Of a stretch of DNA of 64,000 bases, positions 13,601 to 25,270 are shown piece by piece (the first letter of the stretch is position 1; each line of letters begins with the position of its first letter). The notes below the pieces were generated by a model, which was not told where the DNA came from, did not search any database, and saw nothing but the letters and a program-made list of their open reading frames with translations. Position numbers and translations under genes: made by a program. Location: positions 1-64,000 of the forward strand of contig NIVC01000642.1 of NCBI GenBank assembly GCA_002269645.1. The letters run 5' to 3'. Source of the stretch: Macrostomum lignano. Taxonomy: Eukaryota.

Positions 13601-15452
13601 TTTAGGGGTTTCTGGCAATTTTTTTCTAATTGGGGGTTTATGGCGATTTTTTTGATTTGGGGGTTTCTGGCGATTTTTTTGATTTGATTTATGGCGATTT
13701 TCTTGATTTAATAGTTTATGGCGATTTTTCTGATTGGGGGTTTCTGGCGATTTTTCTAATTGGGGGTTTCTGGCGATTTTTCTAATTGGGGGTTTATGGC
13801 TGTTTTTCTAATTGGGGGTTTATGGCGGTTTTTCTAATTTGAGTTTATGGCGATTTTTCTAATTTAGAGGTTTCTGGCGATTTTTTTATTTGGTTTATGG
13901 CGATTTTTTGATTTGGTGGTTTATGGCGATTTTTCTGATTTGATTTATGGCGATTTTCTTGATTTAATAGTTTATGGCGATTTTTCTGATTAGGTGGTTT
14001 ATGGCGATTTTTCTGATTGGGGTTTCCTGGTGATTTTTTTCAAATTGGGGGTTTCTGGCGATTTTTCTAATTGGGGGTTTATGGCGGTTTTTCTAATTTG
14101 AGTTTATGGCGATTTTTCTAATTGGGGTTTCTGGCGATTTTTTTGATTTGGGGGTTTTGGCGATTTTTCTAATTTAGAGGTTTCTGGCGATTTTTTTATT
14201 TGGTTTATGGCGATTTTTTGATTTGGTGGTTTATGGCGATTTTTCTGATTGGGGGTTTATGGTGATTTTTTTGATTTGGGGGTTTCTGGCGATTTTTTTG
14301 ATTTGATTTATGGCGATTTTCTTGATTTAATAGTTTATGGCGATTTTTCTGATTAGGTGGTTTATGGCGATTTTTCTGATTGAGGTTTCTGGCGATTTTT
14401 TTTAATTGAGGGTTTCTGGCGATTTTTCTAATTAAGGGTTTATGGCGGTTTTTCTAATTTGAGTTTATGGCGATTTTTCTAATTGGGGGGTTTCTCGCGA
14501 TTTTTGATTTGGGGGTTTCTGGCGATTTTTTTGATTTGGGGGTTTCTGGCGATTTTTTTGATTTGGGGGTTTCTGGCGATTTTTTTGATTTGGTGGTTTA
14601 TGGCTTTTTTTCTGATTAGGTGGTTTATGGCGATTTTTTTTATTTGGGGGTTTTTGGCGTTTTTTCTAATTGGGTCGTTTATGGCGATTTTTCTGATTAG
14701 GTGGTTTATGGCGATTTAAAGTATTTCTGTGTCGACTTCTTAATTGGTAATTCCCGCCAGTTTAGAATGCGAAAGAAGAAGATTTATTACTGCAGAATCA
14801 GTTATTAGTACATGACAAAACTTTTCCATTTTTTATGCCGTTCAGGCCAATTCCAAGGCCAGCAGCAGGCCAACCGGGGCCAATACGCTGGTAAGTTGAA
14901 CAAATATTTTTTATTTATTTACCTTTTATTCATTTATCGGAGTACTATTTGCCCCTGTGAATAGTTCCCTGCCAATATCAACTAATGTCCAGTTTCTAGC
15001 TGTAGGACTTCATGGCTAGCTGGGCACAAAGTCCAGTTAACTGTTTATCGCTTAAATTCAATCGATTCATGGCTTCGCACAGCCTGCTGTAGTTGAGTTG
15101 GCTTTTGTGGTTCTGCTCTCCCCCCCCCCGCCTCTCTCCTCTCTGTCCCGTCACTTCTTTTAGCTTTTGAAACCACCTGTTCCGCTGTTCCGCCTCTTTG
15201 TGCCTGTCCAACTCATGCGAGCTTTTCTCGCGCCGCCTTCCCGAGTAAAATTGTATCTGTGCCTGTGTTGATCAATCCATCTGTCTGTCTGTGAGTGACT
15301 GTCTGACTGTCTTGCTTTTGTGTGTTTAGAAGCAACTCCAATCCTGCTTCTAAAGAGCTGCGGCAACCGTTTTAAAATTAACTTAACATATCTTATGAGT
15401 ATATCTTTAAGACCGCGAATCATATTTATCTATCTATCTATCTACCTATCTA

Positions 15453-15484
<32 letters not shown>

Positions 15485-15516
15485 TTGATCTATCTATCCG
15501 TCTCTCTATCCATCTG

Positions 15517-15571
<55 letters not shown>

Positions 15572-15611
15572 GTCTGTCTGTCTGTCCATCTATCTATCTA
15601 TCCATCTATCC

Positions 15612-15685
<74 letters not shown>

Positions 15686-15742
15686 TGATCTATCTATCTA
15701 TCTACCTATCTATCTATCTACCTATCTATCTATCTATCTATA

Positions 15743-15778
<36 letters not shown>

Positions 15779-15931
15779 CATCTATCTATCCATCTATCTA
15801 TCTATCTTTTGATCTATCTATCCATCTATCTATCTATCCATCGTATCTATCTGCCTATCTATCTCCCACCTGCACCCGCAGACCGGCGCCAGGTTCGCTT
15901 CCAGGGTCAGCGCGGCGAGCGGAGCTACTGA
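4621..15931 (+). CDS. EIF3C: Eukaryotic translation initiation factor 3 subunit C (9 exons; 1-nt frameshift at ~4965)
   Basis: join(4621-5131,5914-6214,6817-7125,8599-9075,9740-10098,11368-11695,13221-13587,14846-14890,15882-15931), all GT-AG with matching phases. Total 2747 nt; one added base gives 915 aa. Motifs [67 protein letters not shown] and a C-terminal PCI region ([10 protein letters not shown]) match eIF3c/NIP1. Confidence 0.97.
5145..5800. repeat. 24-bp minisatellite (TGTGCCTGTCTTACCCTCTGTGTC), eIF3c intron 1
   Basis: Over 20 tandem copies; source of spurious SVPVLPSV / CLCLSYPL ORFs. Confidence 0.95.
6318..6560 (+). mobile_element. tRNA-derived CORE-SINE in eIF3c intron 2
   Basis: Pol III A box (TAGCCTAGTGG, ~6330) and B box (GGTTCGATTC, ~6374), followed by TGTGTCCTTGAGCAAGACATTTAACCC...CAGCTGTAAAATGGG, which resembles the MIR/CORE domain. 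3' boundary approximate. Confidence 0.75.
7368..8572. repeat. 25-28-bp minisatellite (ATGAGAATCGCCCTTCAAC[AAC]CCCACC), eIF3c intron 3
   Basis: About 45 copies with a variable AAC insert. Confidence 0.95.
9130..9560. repeat. Degenerate ~30-bp repeat (ATCAATCTAATCTATCCAAATAGATCTATG), eIF3c intron 4
   Basis: About 13 diverged copies. Confidence 0.8.
10135..11318. repeat. 33-36-bp minisatellite with TGAGATCTCA palindrome, eIF3c intron 5
   Basis: About 33 copies; variant blocks change along the array; source of the spurious [15 protein letters not shown]. Confidence 0.95.
11725..13142. repeat. Compound GTTGCAATA / ATCTG minisatellite, eIF3c intron 6
   Basis: 1.4 kb built from 9-bp and 14-bp modules sharing TTGCAAT. 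Confidence 0.95.
13600..14717. repeat. ~26-bp minisatellite (TTTATGGCGATTTTTCTGATTGGGGG), eIF3c intron 7
   Basis: About 40 imperfect copies. Confidence 0.95.
15422..15862. repeat. (TCTA)n microsatellite, eIF3c intron 8
   Basis: Directly visible; ends 20 nt before the last acceptor. Confidence 0.98.
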
Positions 15932-16424
15932 TTCTTGGAAAAAAGATAGACAAGATGGAAAAGCTTGTTGACAGACTGAGTTTCCTTTGCGGCTTCTGAG
16001 CTCCCCTGTTTCAGAACTATAATGATCGTTTTCTTTGTTCCAGTTGTTGTCTCTCTCAGTTTTCCAGCTGCTGTTGGCCAAGGGCCATGGCCTCTTAAAA
16101 CCATTGTCGAGGTCCTTGGTTGTCATCCAGTGAAGATTGAGTCATTCGCCCGATCACTGTTAGCGCTGCAGTTGATTATTAGTTCTCTGTTGGTGAAGGG
16201 TGTCGCTTATCACAGCCGAGTTTGTGTGGCCGGCTCTGTGCCGGAATCTAAGATGCTAATAAATTGCGTTAAACCGTTTGTAGCCTCTTGCCTGCGCTCG
16301 GTTAGTTAATTATTAGTGTGACAGAAATGTTTGCGGTTTGCTTAGTTCGTGTCTTGATGGCTTTTTATTTCAAAGGTCAATTTTGGTAGAAATGTAGACA
16401 AATTAACTACCTTGATGGCTTTTT

Positions 16425-16903
16425 TAGCGCCAAGATAAGTGCCTGCCGGCGGCGCCAAGATGAGTGCCTGGCTGCGGCGCCAAGATGAGTGCCTGCCGGC
16501 GGCGCCAAGATGAGTGTCTGCCTACAGCGCCAAAATGAGTGTCTGCCTACAGCGCCAAGATGAGTGTCTGCCTACAGCGCCAAAATGAGTGTCTGCGGCG
16601 CCAAACGAGTGTCTGCCTACAGCGCCAAAATGAGTGTCTGCGGCGCCAAACGAGTGTCTGCCTACAGCGCCAAAATGAGTGTCTGCGGCGCCAAAATGAG
16701 TGTGCCTACAGCGCCAAAATGAGTGTCTGCGGCGCCAAACGAGTGCCTGCCTACGGCGCCAAAATGAGTGTCTGGCGGCGGCGCCAAAATGAGTGCCAAC
16801 AATAAGCTCGTACCAATTCCGAAAATAGTATGAGAATTCATTCCTGTAGAATTCTTGGCTTTATCTCCCCCACTCCGCCATAAAAGCCATGGTAACGCCC
16901 CTG
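16425..16903 (-). mobile_element. MITE with internal ~21-bp minisatellite, copy 1 (inverted relative to copy 2)
   Basis: Ends TGGTAACGCCCCTG (reverse complement CAGGGGCGTTACCA); shares TAGAATTCTTGGCTTT and the GGCGCCAAAATGAGTG array with the reverse complement of 17717-18045. Left boundary approximate. Confidence 0.7.
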
Positions 16904-17167
16904 GATACGCGCACAGACACACGACATGCACACACAGGCCTAGGGGTACAGAACGGGCCCGACGTTCCCGTTAAACGCCAAACCACTGGCCCGCGTCGCT
17001 GTTCTTTTATAAAACTTGCTATCAATTTTCCAGCAAAAATCGACACATTTACTACTAGTTTCTATCGGAGCTTCGGTACTATCGGTACTTCACAACGTGC
17101 TCTCAAGTAACTATTAAAACTTTAACACTGAAATGTTATATCGTGTCAGAAAGGTCCTCCATAGTGC

Positions 17168-19161
17168 TCAAGGCAGTTGCCGATTCGAGCTCGGGACGTC
17201 TCCATCTTGACTTGACGGGCGATCGCTGCAGCGGCGAATCATGAGGCTGTCTCGGATTCGCTCTGCCGCACAGATCAGGGCAGTTCGGTAGCGCCGGGTG
17301 GCGCAGGCGCAGACGGCGCTGTTCGCGGAGAAGTGCAGCAGGTAGATCGCTTGGGCGTACCGCCTGGCCAGCAGGGCGCGCAGCACCCAGCCCTGGCTGG
17401 CGTCGGAAGGCAGCAGGGCGCTGAACAGCATGGCGGCACTGTTGGGCAGGTTGAGCAGCAGGTAGGCCAAGCAGACGCAGAGCAGCATCCGGGTGACCTG
17501 ACGGCTCTGCCGCATTCGGTCGACAGCGGCTTCGTTGCAGTTGCAAACGTCTGCCCCGGCCAGAAGCTGTGGAGCCGAGCAGGAGCGCCTGCGGTTGCAT
17601 CAAATTAATTCATTTATTTTACAGCTAAAGGCTGCGTATGTGGCTGTTCAGTCCAAGGACTGGGAGGGCTCGCCACACACCCTCAGTTACCCCTGAGCAG
17701 AGTTAAGTGTCTTGCTCAAGGGCGTCGCCATGGATGTTTTTGGGTACGGGGGATGAGCAAAGCCAAGAATTCTACATGTAAATATCCATGACTAAAATTC
17801 CTACTGTACATGTACATTACTTTCAGAATCGGTGTTGTCAACGCTTAATTTGGCGCTGCAGGCACTCATTTTAGCGCCGTAGGCACTCATTTTAGCGCCG
17901 CTGGCACTCATTTTAGCGCTAGAGGCACTCATTTTGGCGCTGGAGGCACTCATTTTGGCGCCGCTGGCAGGCACTTATTTTAGCGCCGAAGGCAGGCACT
18001 TATTTTGGCACCGCAAGCAGGCACTCATTTTGGTGCCGCAGGCGCTATATTTTGTCACCCTGAAGCAAAATTATTGATTTCCGTAACGGGTCACAAGGTG
18101 ACGTGGGGTATGGTGGGGACAACAAAGCCTTGCATGTCCCTCCATAGTTTTTACTGGGGGGGGGGACATGTCCCTCCTGTCCCCCCCCGGTGGCGACGCC
18201 CCTGGTTACGTGTGCTGGCGCAACTTGTGGCAATATTTAGGCATGCTTATTATCCCTAATCACAGACTCATGTGACAGTCGAGGCATGGGAAGCTTAAGT
18301 CGAAAGACACATGCAAAATGCGAAACGTCTTTTGCAGTAAATTACTCTGACTCACGTTATACGGGCTTCGAAATGCAAGCCAAGAAACATAGTGACGTTT
18401 TTTATCCTATTTTGGTTCGCATGTTTCAGGGGATGTGACTAACATTAGCATCACACCATGGGGCAACATCGGATTGTTGGCAGTTGGGCAAATTCTTGAA
18501 TTTTTACTCACCGAACCTCCGTGCTCTTGGCCAGCAGTCTCCGGTAGGCGGCTCGCACTCGGCAGCCGATGCAGCAGTTAAGCGCGCAGATCGCCAATCC
18601 CGGCACCAGCGCCGTGATTGCGCAATCGAGCGTCGAAGCCGCCAATTCGAAGCCGTCCCGTCTGGCGCAGTGCATCTGCACCGTCGTTCCGTTGCCACCT
18701 GGCTCGGCGTGTCCCGGCAGCACGTAGACTGTGGTGAAGAGCACGTGAGAGTTGACTAGGCCGCAGGCGGCCACGGCCGACCAGATGACGGCTGGCGAGC
18801 CACCCAGACCGGGCCTGCCGAAGGTGAGCAGCGCTCTGTCCAGCGACACGCAGACCAGCAGCCAGGGGCTGAGTGTGCTCAGCGTGCCGAATACGAACTG
18901 GCTGGCAAAGCAGCCGAAGCCGCTGCGAATGTGTGCGTCTGTCAGTGCGAAGCCGGCGTAGCACAGCAGTAGCAGCAGGTCGGTGAGCGACAGGGCGCTC
19001 AGGTAGGCAGCCAAGTAGTGACGCCAGACTCTGCGCTGTGAGAAAGCCAGCAGGCTGAGTGTGTTGGCAGCGATGCCACAGCACAGGATGGCGGGCTCAA
19101 CCTTGGTGAGGATCTGCAGCATGAAAGCGTAGAGTGCCTCGGGATCTGTTGAATTCGTCAT
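17168..19161 (-). CDS. Orphan rhodopsin-family (class A) GPCR, peptide/FMRFamide-receptor-like, 356 aa
   Basis: complement(join(17168-17588,18512-19161)) = 1071 nt, phase-2 GT-AG intron. Seven hydrophobic segments: TM1 GIAANTLS, TM2 LSLTDLL, TM3 VSLDRAL (DRY-like), TM5 LVPGLAI, TM6 AYLLLNLP, TM7 LLHFSANSAV. An acceptor just upstream could extend the N-terminus (..WNLSAM). Confidence 0.88.
17610..17722 (-). mobile_element. 5'-truncated CORE-SINE fragment in the GPCR intron
   Basis: Reverse complement reads CCTTGAGCAAGACACTTAAC...GGTAACTGAGGGTGTGTGG, matching 6408-6490; cut off where the MITE starts. Confidence 0.6.
17717..18204 (+). mobile_element. MITE with internal ~21-bp minisatellite, copy 2
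   Basis: 14-bp TIR CA(A/G)GGGCGTCGCCA at 17717-17730 and 18191-18204; internal GCAGGCACTCATTTTAGCGCC array 17850-18045; no clear TSD. Confidence 0.7.
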
Positions 19162-21154
19162 GGCGGACAGGTTCCAGTCTGAAAATGTGGGACAACATGG
19201 GATCTGTGAGTTTTTCTTCTTTGAATAGCATTATCCTGTTATTTGCATAAGTTTAGAAGTGGTTTGTCATTGGCTGAATTCGAGGAAGGCTCTCATTGGT
19301 TCGCAGCATGCGGGCTGCTCGGATTGTACAAGAGGCAGTCTGGTTTACGCTTTTCTATTTTGACGAGGTGAAAATTCTCGACGCTGCGAAACTAGGCGTG
19401 AACCCCTTAACGTTACGTAATTTTTTATTTAAATCGCGCTGTTTTATGTTTGTAGAATGCTTTTTTCCAACTTGCACAATATTCAAGATTCAACTTATGA
19501 ATCCTAAAACCAGTGGCGTCACCACCAATTCAACGCCCCTGTGACACTGTAAACAGGAAGATCTTCAGACAAGACTGCTTATTGACTAAGCTTTTTAAAA
19601 TTCAAAAAACGTTTATCATGCTTTTTACCATGGTTGATTTTGTGTTGTTCTAAAAAAATTTCTTTTTTTTGTTTTTAATGTGACGACTACAGCACCCAGC
19701 CTGTGGCTCGACTAGCTTTGGACATGATCTGAGCACCTAAATTGCTTGCGGACTTAGCGCTTGGTTGGTAATACAAAGAAATTAAATGTTTTCGTCTCTG
19801 TCATTATGACAATTTTTTCAAAGTGGATGCATAAAGTACGCACTACTTTTGTGCATTGCGAGAAACTCAACCCGAATTGCTTTTTCTTGTAATATTTTGT
19901 TTTTCTGCAGTCGTTTAACGTTACGCGTCAGATGGTTTTTGGACAATTTAAGTAGAAGTTAAGTAACGCATGCTTGACGTATCGCTTAAGCATTTTTATG
20001 TCCTCCAGAAATAAGAATTGTGTTTGACAAATGGTAGAGAAGAAAATCAAGTAAAGCGTCCTTCTCACTTCTTCAGTTGTCTATATGCGATGTTGTGCCA
20101 TGGAGGAAAGAATGGAATGGAGTGCTAATCTGAGCAAGTTATTTTTATCTCGCTCGATTTTCGCTTTTAACATCCCTTTCCCCCTGTTCTTTCCTATTGG
20201 CTGAAAGCATATTTTAATGCGAGCTGGAACTATGCTGGGACAGACCTTTTAGAGGGGAACGAAAGCGAAAACGAGACGAAAAATACTTTGTCTATGGCAG
20301 TCACGAGCCAATATTCAAAAAAACTTTGATTAGGCTTTGTAACCGCTTGCACGACTGTGTTGTGGAAAAAAAACAAAAAAGTTTATGGTCTTGTGCATGA
20401 AACATTTATTTGTCTTCAACCATTTATTTGACCATAACGACATATAGCAACGATCAAATCCATAGACTATTGACTTAGTCTCTGCAGCACTAGAATTTTG
20501 ATAGTCGATGTCAGAAAAGTACTTTTGTCTTTCTGGCACTTCATAGTGTTCACAATAGTGTTATTAGAAAGTTCAGATCCTATTTTATTATCTCTTGTAG
20601 CTCCTTGAGCACCATCAGTTTATATTGATCACCAGAAAGACGCCCACTGTCTCTTCTTCTTGTTGTGCTATTCCGTAAACGATTGATCATCTATGCAGCT
20701 TTCTTTTTAGTAGCTTCTGGCACACAGCCATCGACAACAGCCATGCGTGAGCTCATCTTTTAACATAAAATGGAAGCGAGGGTCTTCTGGTTTACATGTA
20801 TGTCGATCAGAAAGATGTATTTGTCTTTCTGGAGAAAAATACTGTACCACCCGTTTATTCATTTTTGTCTATGGCCAAAACGACCTTGATATTGTCTCTC
20901 GATCATTCTGACGGTCATAGATAAATGAATAAACGAGAGACATAGTTTGATAAGAAGTGGCTTATTGCGCATCTGTCCCGCGAAGCTTTTAATACCATAG
21001 AATCTTAGTTTAAAAGAAAACCAACTCCACATATAATATAACGGCAACTTTGCGTTAAGAAATAAATTTGTCAAGTTTTATACTAACTCGAGCAAGCAAA
21101 CTGGTACTCAACTTTCATCTTGGTCAATACGTTCGTAATACGTCGGAAACCAGT

Positions 21155-23996
21155 ATGCAAACGGATTGGTTCCCGAACATTGGCCGAACAGATGAGGAGG
21201 ACCCAGAAAATTTCGGCCACGATCTGCGAATCACCGCCAGCACTCGGAGAACTCTGCAGCGGCACAGGGAGCTGCTGAAGGCAAGGACACTGCTGCGGAC
21301 CCGGGGGGAGAGCTTCCTCTTTGGCGAGGGTGCGTCAGCGACTTCCTGCCATCCTGCTCTCATTCATTCTGCCATCCTGACATCCTGCCATCCTGACATC
21401 CTGACATCCTAGCATCCTGACATCCTGATATCCTGACATCCTGCCATCCTAGCATCCTGACATCCTGACATCCTGACATCTTTATATCCTGCCATCCTGA
21501 CATCCTGACATCCTGACATCCTGACATCTTTATATCCTGCCATCCTGACATCCTGACATCCTGACATCCTGACATCCTGACATCCTGCCATCCTGCTCTC
21601 ATTCATTCTGCCATCCTGACATCCTGCCATCCTGACATCCTGACATCCTGACATCCTGCCATCCTGCTCTCATTCATTCTGCCATCCTGACATCCTGCCA
21701 TCCTGCCATCCTGACATCCTAGCATCCTGACATCCTGACATCCTGACATCCTGCCATTATGCCATCCTGACATCCTGTTATCCTGACATCCTGGCATCCT
21801 GACATCCTGTTATCCTGACATCCTTACATCCTGACATCCTGACATCCTGACATCCTAGCATCCTGACATCCTGACATCCTGACATCCTGACATCCTGCCA
21901 TTATGCCATCTTTATATCCTGCCATCCTGACATCCTGACATCCTGCCATCTTTATATCCTGAAATCCTGACATTATACAATTCTGACATCCTGACATCCT
22001 GCCATTATGCCATCCTGACATCCTGTTATCCTGACATCCTGGCATCCTGACATCCTGTTATCCTGACATCCTGACATCCTGCCATTATGCCATCCTGACA
22101 TCCTGTTATTCTGACATCCTGACATCCTGACATCCTGCCATTATGCCATCCTGACATCCTGACATCCTGACATCCTGACATCCTGACATCCTGACATCCT
22201 GACATCCTGCCATTATGCCATCCTGCCATCCTGACATCCTGACATCCTGACATCCTGCCAACCTGACATCCTGCCATCCTGAAATCTTGACATCCTGCCA
22301 TTCAACATCCTGACATTCAAATGACCCTCCACCAAGCGAGCCGAGCAGTTCCCAACCCCTATTCCAGACTCCATGGAGACGGAGGAGCCGCCGATTCTGC
22401 AGGACGGCAGCAACGCGGAGAGCGGCCTGTTGCGCTCCGGCTGGGGCAACAGCCAGCTCAACGAATCGCGCTCCGAACTGGCCATTCTCCCTGGCGGCGC
22501 CTGCGGCCGGTCGCGCCAGGGCGCCGAGGACTTGAAAGTGTTCGATTTTGTCGATTCAACCAAGCAGCTGATTCAGAAAGGCTGGAACAGCCGTCTGTTT
22601 CGGAAGCACAAGCTGGCAGCTTACAATTGGTCCTACAGGGCCCCGCAGCCTCTCATGGATGGCAGGTACTTCTGCCGCCTCACCGCCAAGGACATCGCTG
22701 AACCGGCTGCGCTGCAGGCTGCCACCATTAACAGCGGTGAGTCAGTCAGTCAGTCAGTCAGTCATCCACTCAAGTCAGTCAGTCAGTCAGTCAGTCAGTC
22801 AGTCAGTCAGTCAGTCAGTCAGTCAGTCAGTCAGTCAGTCAGTCAGGCAGTCAGTCAGTCAGTCCGCACCGAACCCTCAGGCTGCAGCATATTCACTCCC
22901 AAGTACGGAGTGTCAGCTCGGGACACGCTGCGCGAGAACTGCGGCATTCTGTTCTTCACGAAGGACATCGATCTTGACTACAACCTGAGCCTACGTCAGA
23001 TGCGCAACACCCACCCCAAGCTGATGTCGGGTCGATACTACGTGCCGTTTCTTGCATTCGTTCGAGCACTGCGACGCAACAGAGTTGAGCGCGGACAGCC
23101 AAGGTGGGTGCGCTGGGTTAAGCAAAATTGGTCGCGGTTAGTACTCTCAGATGAGAGGACTTCGAAAAGTTCTCAACGCTGAAAATAGTTTTAAGGTCTT
23201 TTGCAAGACCGTACTTTTTCATACGACACTGAGAAAACATTTCTCAGTCTATGGCCACGAGTTGCTTAAATTTCTATGGCCATGAGTTGCTTAAATGTCT
23301 ATGGCCACGAGTTTCTTAAATGTCTATGGCCATGAGTTGCTTAAATGTCTATGGCCACGAGTTTCTTAAATGTCTATGGCCATGAGTTGCTTAAATGTCT
23401 ATGGCCACGAGTTTCTTAAATGTCTATGGCCACGATCAGTTGCTTAAATGTCTATGGCCACGAGTTTCTTAAATGTCTATGGCCACGAGTTGCTTAAATG
23501 TCTATGGCCACGAGTTGCTTAAATGTCTATGGCCATGAGTTGCTTAAATGTCTATGGCCACGAGTTTCTTAAATGTCTATGGCCACGATCAGTTGCTTAA
23601 ATGTCTATGGCCACGAGTTTCTTAAATGTCTATGGCCACGAGTTGCTTAAATGTCTATGGCCACGAGTTGCTTAAATGTCTATGGCCATGAGTTGCTTAA
23701 ATGTCTATGGCCACGAGTTTCTTAAATGTCTATGGCCACGAGTTGCTTAAATGTCTATGGCCACGAGTTGCTTAAATATCACCTCAAACAAAATCCGCAG
23801 GCGCATCAACAGTCGCGACCTTCTGACGGGCGCTGGCTGGCTGATGCTGCTAGTCTTCCTGCTGCTGTTCATCGGCATTATCATGGCCGACCCCCAGGAA
23901 GTGTCCGGAAGCGAGACAAAGAAGAAGCAACTGCTGATAGCGATGATCTTGGCGCCGACTCTGGCATTCGTCCTTGGATTTGGCAGCGGTGTTTGA
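21155..23996 (+). CDS. Uncharacterised 320-aa protein with two C-terminal transmembrane helices
   Basis: join(21155-21329,22368-22736,22881-23103,23801-23996) = 963 nt; GT-AG, phases 1,1,2 agree, no internal stop, GC-rich codons like neighbouring genes. C-terminus GWLMLLVFLLLFIGIIMA-loop-LLIAMILAPTLAFVLGFGSGV. Start codon could lie in an upstream exon. Confidence 0.8.
21345..22320. repeat. (CATCCTGA)n 8-bp repeat, intron 1 of the 2-TM gene
   Basis: About 1 kb of CATCCTG(A/C) variants. Confidence 0.97.
22737..22863. repeat. (GTCA)n microsatellite, intron 2 of the 2-TM gene
   Basis: Starts at the donor GTGAGTCAGTCAG. Confidence 0.97.
23247..23777. repeat. 25-bp minisatellite (TGTCTATGGCCACGAGTTGCTTAAA), intron 3 of the 2-TM gene
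   Basis: About 21 near-identical copies. Confidence 0.97.
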
Positions 23997-24344
23997 CTGC
24001 AAGAGAAAAGCGAGCGGACAAGCAAAGCAGGGAAAACTATAAAAAAATTGAGCCAGATGTACTTTTATAGAAAAAATCAATTGTTTTAAGTTTTAATTTT
24101 GGCTGCGCATGATTTTATGGCTAGGCTGGTGTCTGGAAAATTCAACTTAGAACAATTGATTGTTTGATATTGCTTTTGTCAGTCAAATTGATAGAAAGCC
24201 AATCAGCAGAAATGACGCGTGTGGTTCCACATTTTCTACTTGATTGTCTTTTAATCTGAGAGCAGAGCTTTAAAAAGTTGGCTTGGCTTGCAGTATGTGG
24301 GAGACGGAAGCTTAAAATTACGATCTGTCCATTCGATGGCTTTA

Positions 24345-24530
24345 TTGTTTATGGCCATGAGTAGTTTTATTGCCTATGGCCAAGAATAGTTTTATTGTCT
24401 ATGGCCAAGAGTAGTTTTATTGTCTATGGCCAAGAGTAGTTTTATTGTCTATGGCCAAGAGTAGTTTTATTGTCTATGGCCAAGAATAGTTTTATTGTCT
24501 ATTGCAAGGGTAGTTTTATTGTCTATGGCA
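24345..24530. repeat. 25-bp minisatellite (TGTCTATGGCCAAGAGTAGTTTTAT)
   Basis: About 7 copies; shares a 12-bp core with the 23247 array. Confidence 0.9.
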
Positions 24531-25009
24531 AATACAAGAGTTTTTCCGTGCTGCTTGTCCGCTGCAGGTCTCTTTTTCTCTCTCCCTAACAGCTCTTTTC
24601 GGATTCCGATTCGATTACTGCAAGTAGCAATACAAAGAAATTATTGTCCATAGGGTTTGAAAGCTGATAAACTAACACTAGTACGATGACACAAAATAGC
24701 ATTTAACTACGCTCGTAGTTTACAATGGATATTAATTTTCTGCTTCAGAGAATGTGTCGGCCCACGCAGAAACGTTTCATATTTTACAGTACTCAGGGAG
24801 AGACAATAAAAAATTATTGCATAGTTGTAAAAGTTAGTAGTTATATATTGCCATATAATCAGATAACAGACTGATCGCTTTTAGGCTCAGAACTTGTTAA
24901 AATACAACAGCGGTTTTATGGAGATGATGCTGGGCCATTTTCCTGCAGTCAGCATCCCTCATAAACTCAGGAGCTCATGAGCTCTTAAAAAATCACTCGA
25001 TCACGAACG

Positions 25010-25270
25010 AAATTATGAACTCATTAACTTATAAACTCACAAAGTGAATACTATGAGTAAACTCATGAACCCACACATAAACTCATGAAATCGAAACATA
25101 ACTCATTAACTCACCCATAAACTCATGAACTCACTCATGAACTAATGAACTCACTCATAAACTAATGAACTCACCCATAAATTCATAAACTCATGAGCTC
25201 ACTTATAAACTCATGAGCTTACTCATGAGCTCACTAGCTCGCTCAATCATAAACTCATGCACTCATAAAG
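25010..25270. repeat. Degenerate AACTCAT(G/A)AACTCAC repeat
   Basis: Diverged short tandem units. Confidence 0.7.

Noticed and set aside
20330-20860. Minus-strand protein-like text with an imperfect direct repeat (CCAGAAAGACAAA..GATCGAC / ..CATCGAC)
   Set aside because: Multiple in-frame stops and no family motif; noted only through its CCATAGAC/GTCTATGG boundaries.
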